Source of the DNA: Octopus sinensis
Lineage: Eukaryota
Length of the DNA stretch: 64,000 nucleotides
NCBI RefSeq assembly: GCF_006345805.1
Contig: NC_042999.1
Span: 27,590,001-27,654,000, forward strand
Direction of reading: 5' to 3'
Shown here one piece after another: positions 63,870 through 64,000 of this stretch. The first letter of the stretch is position 1, and every line of letters begins with the position of its first letter. The notes under the pieces were generated by a model, which was not told where the DNA came from, ran no database searches, and saw only the letters and a program-made list of their open reading frames with translations. Position numbers and translations under genes: made by a program.

Positions 63870-64000
63870 TATATGGCTGGCTTCCGTGCCGGTGGCACGT
63901 TAAAAGCACCTACCAATCGTGGCCAATGCCAGACCCCCCTGGCACCTGTGCAGGTGGCACGTAAAAAGCACCCACTACACTCGCGGAGTGGTTGGCGTTA
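63870..64000 (+). mobile_element. RTE 3' UTR fragment, cut by the window end
   Basis: Same tandem units as 60190-60565. Confidence 0.75.

Overview
AT-rich, microsatellite-dense animal genomic DNA. The repeat complement (tRNA-headed SINEs, mariner relics, RTE/CR1/Tx1 LINE ends, Penelope-like elements, Helitrons) points to an Octopus-type cephalopod; this is inference. Almost all ORFs in the supplied track are microsatellite or transposon noise. One host gene is supported, and the track largely misses it: the 5' part of a KATNAL2 (katanin p60 A-like 2) orthologue on the + strand. Six phase-compatible GT-AG exons (34855-34911, 37772-37842, 47407-47573, 56407-56443, 58925-59078, 60662-60793) splice into 206 stop-free codons containing the N-terminal LisH region; the AAA domain exons must lie beyond the window. 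Positions 1-34000 appear intergenic and TE-filled. Most interesting: (i) two sense-strand type I hammerhead ribozyme motifs of Penelope-like origin in KATNAL2 intron 2, the one at 41018-41098 with a full core and a long extended stem I; (ii) a 37-nt microexon with a (TTA)n tract and a mobile element at its acceptor and an ~80-bp-arm fold-back 230 nt downstream; (iii) a ~555-bp element family that always sits in (TAA)n tracts; (iv) GG-terminal, 8-bp-TSD MITEs, one carrying TTAGGG repeats. Everything was read by eye, with no database searches. Exon, TIR and TSD coordinates were counted; other repeat boundaries are approximate.
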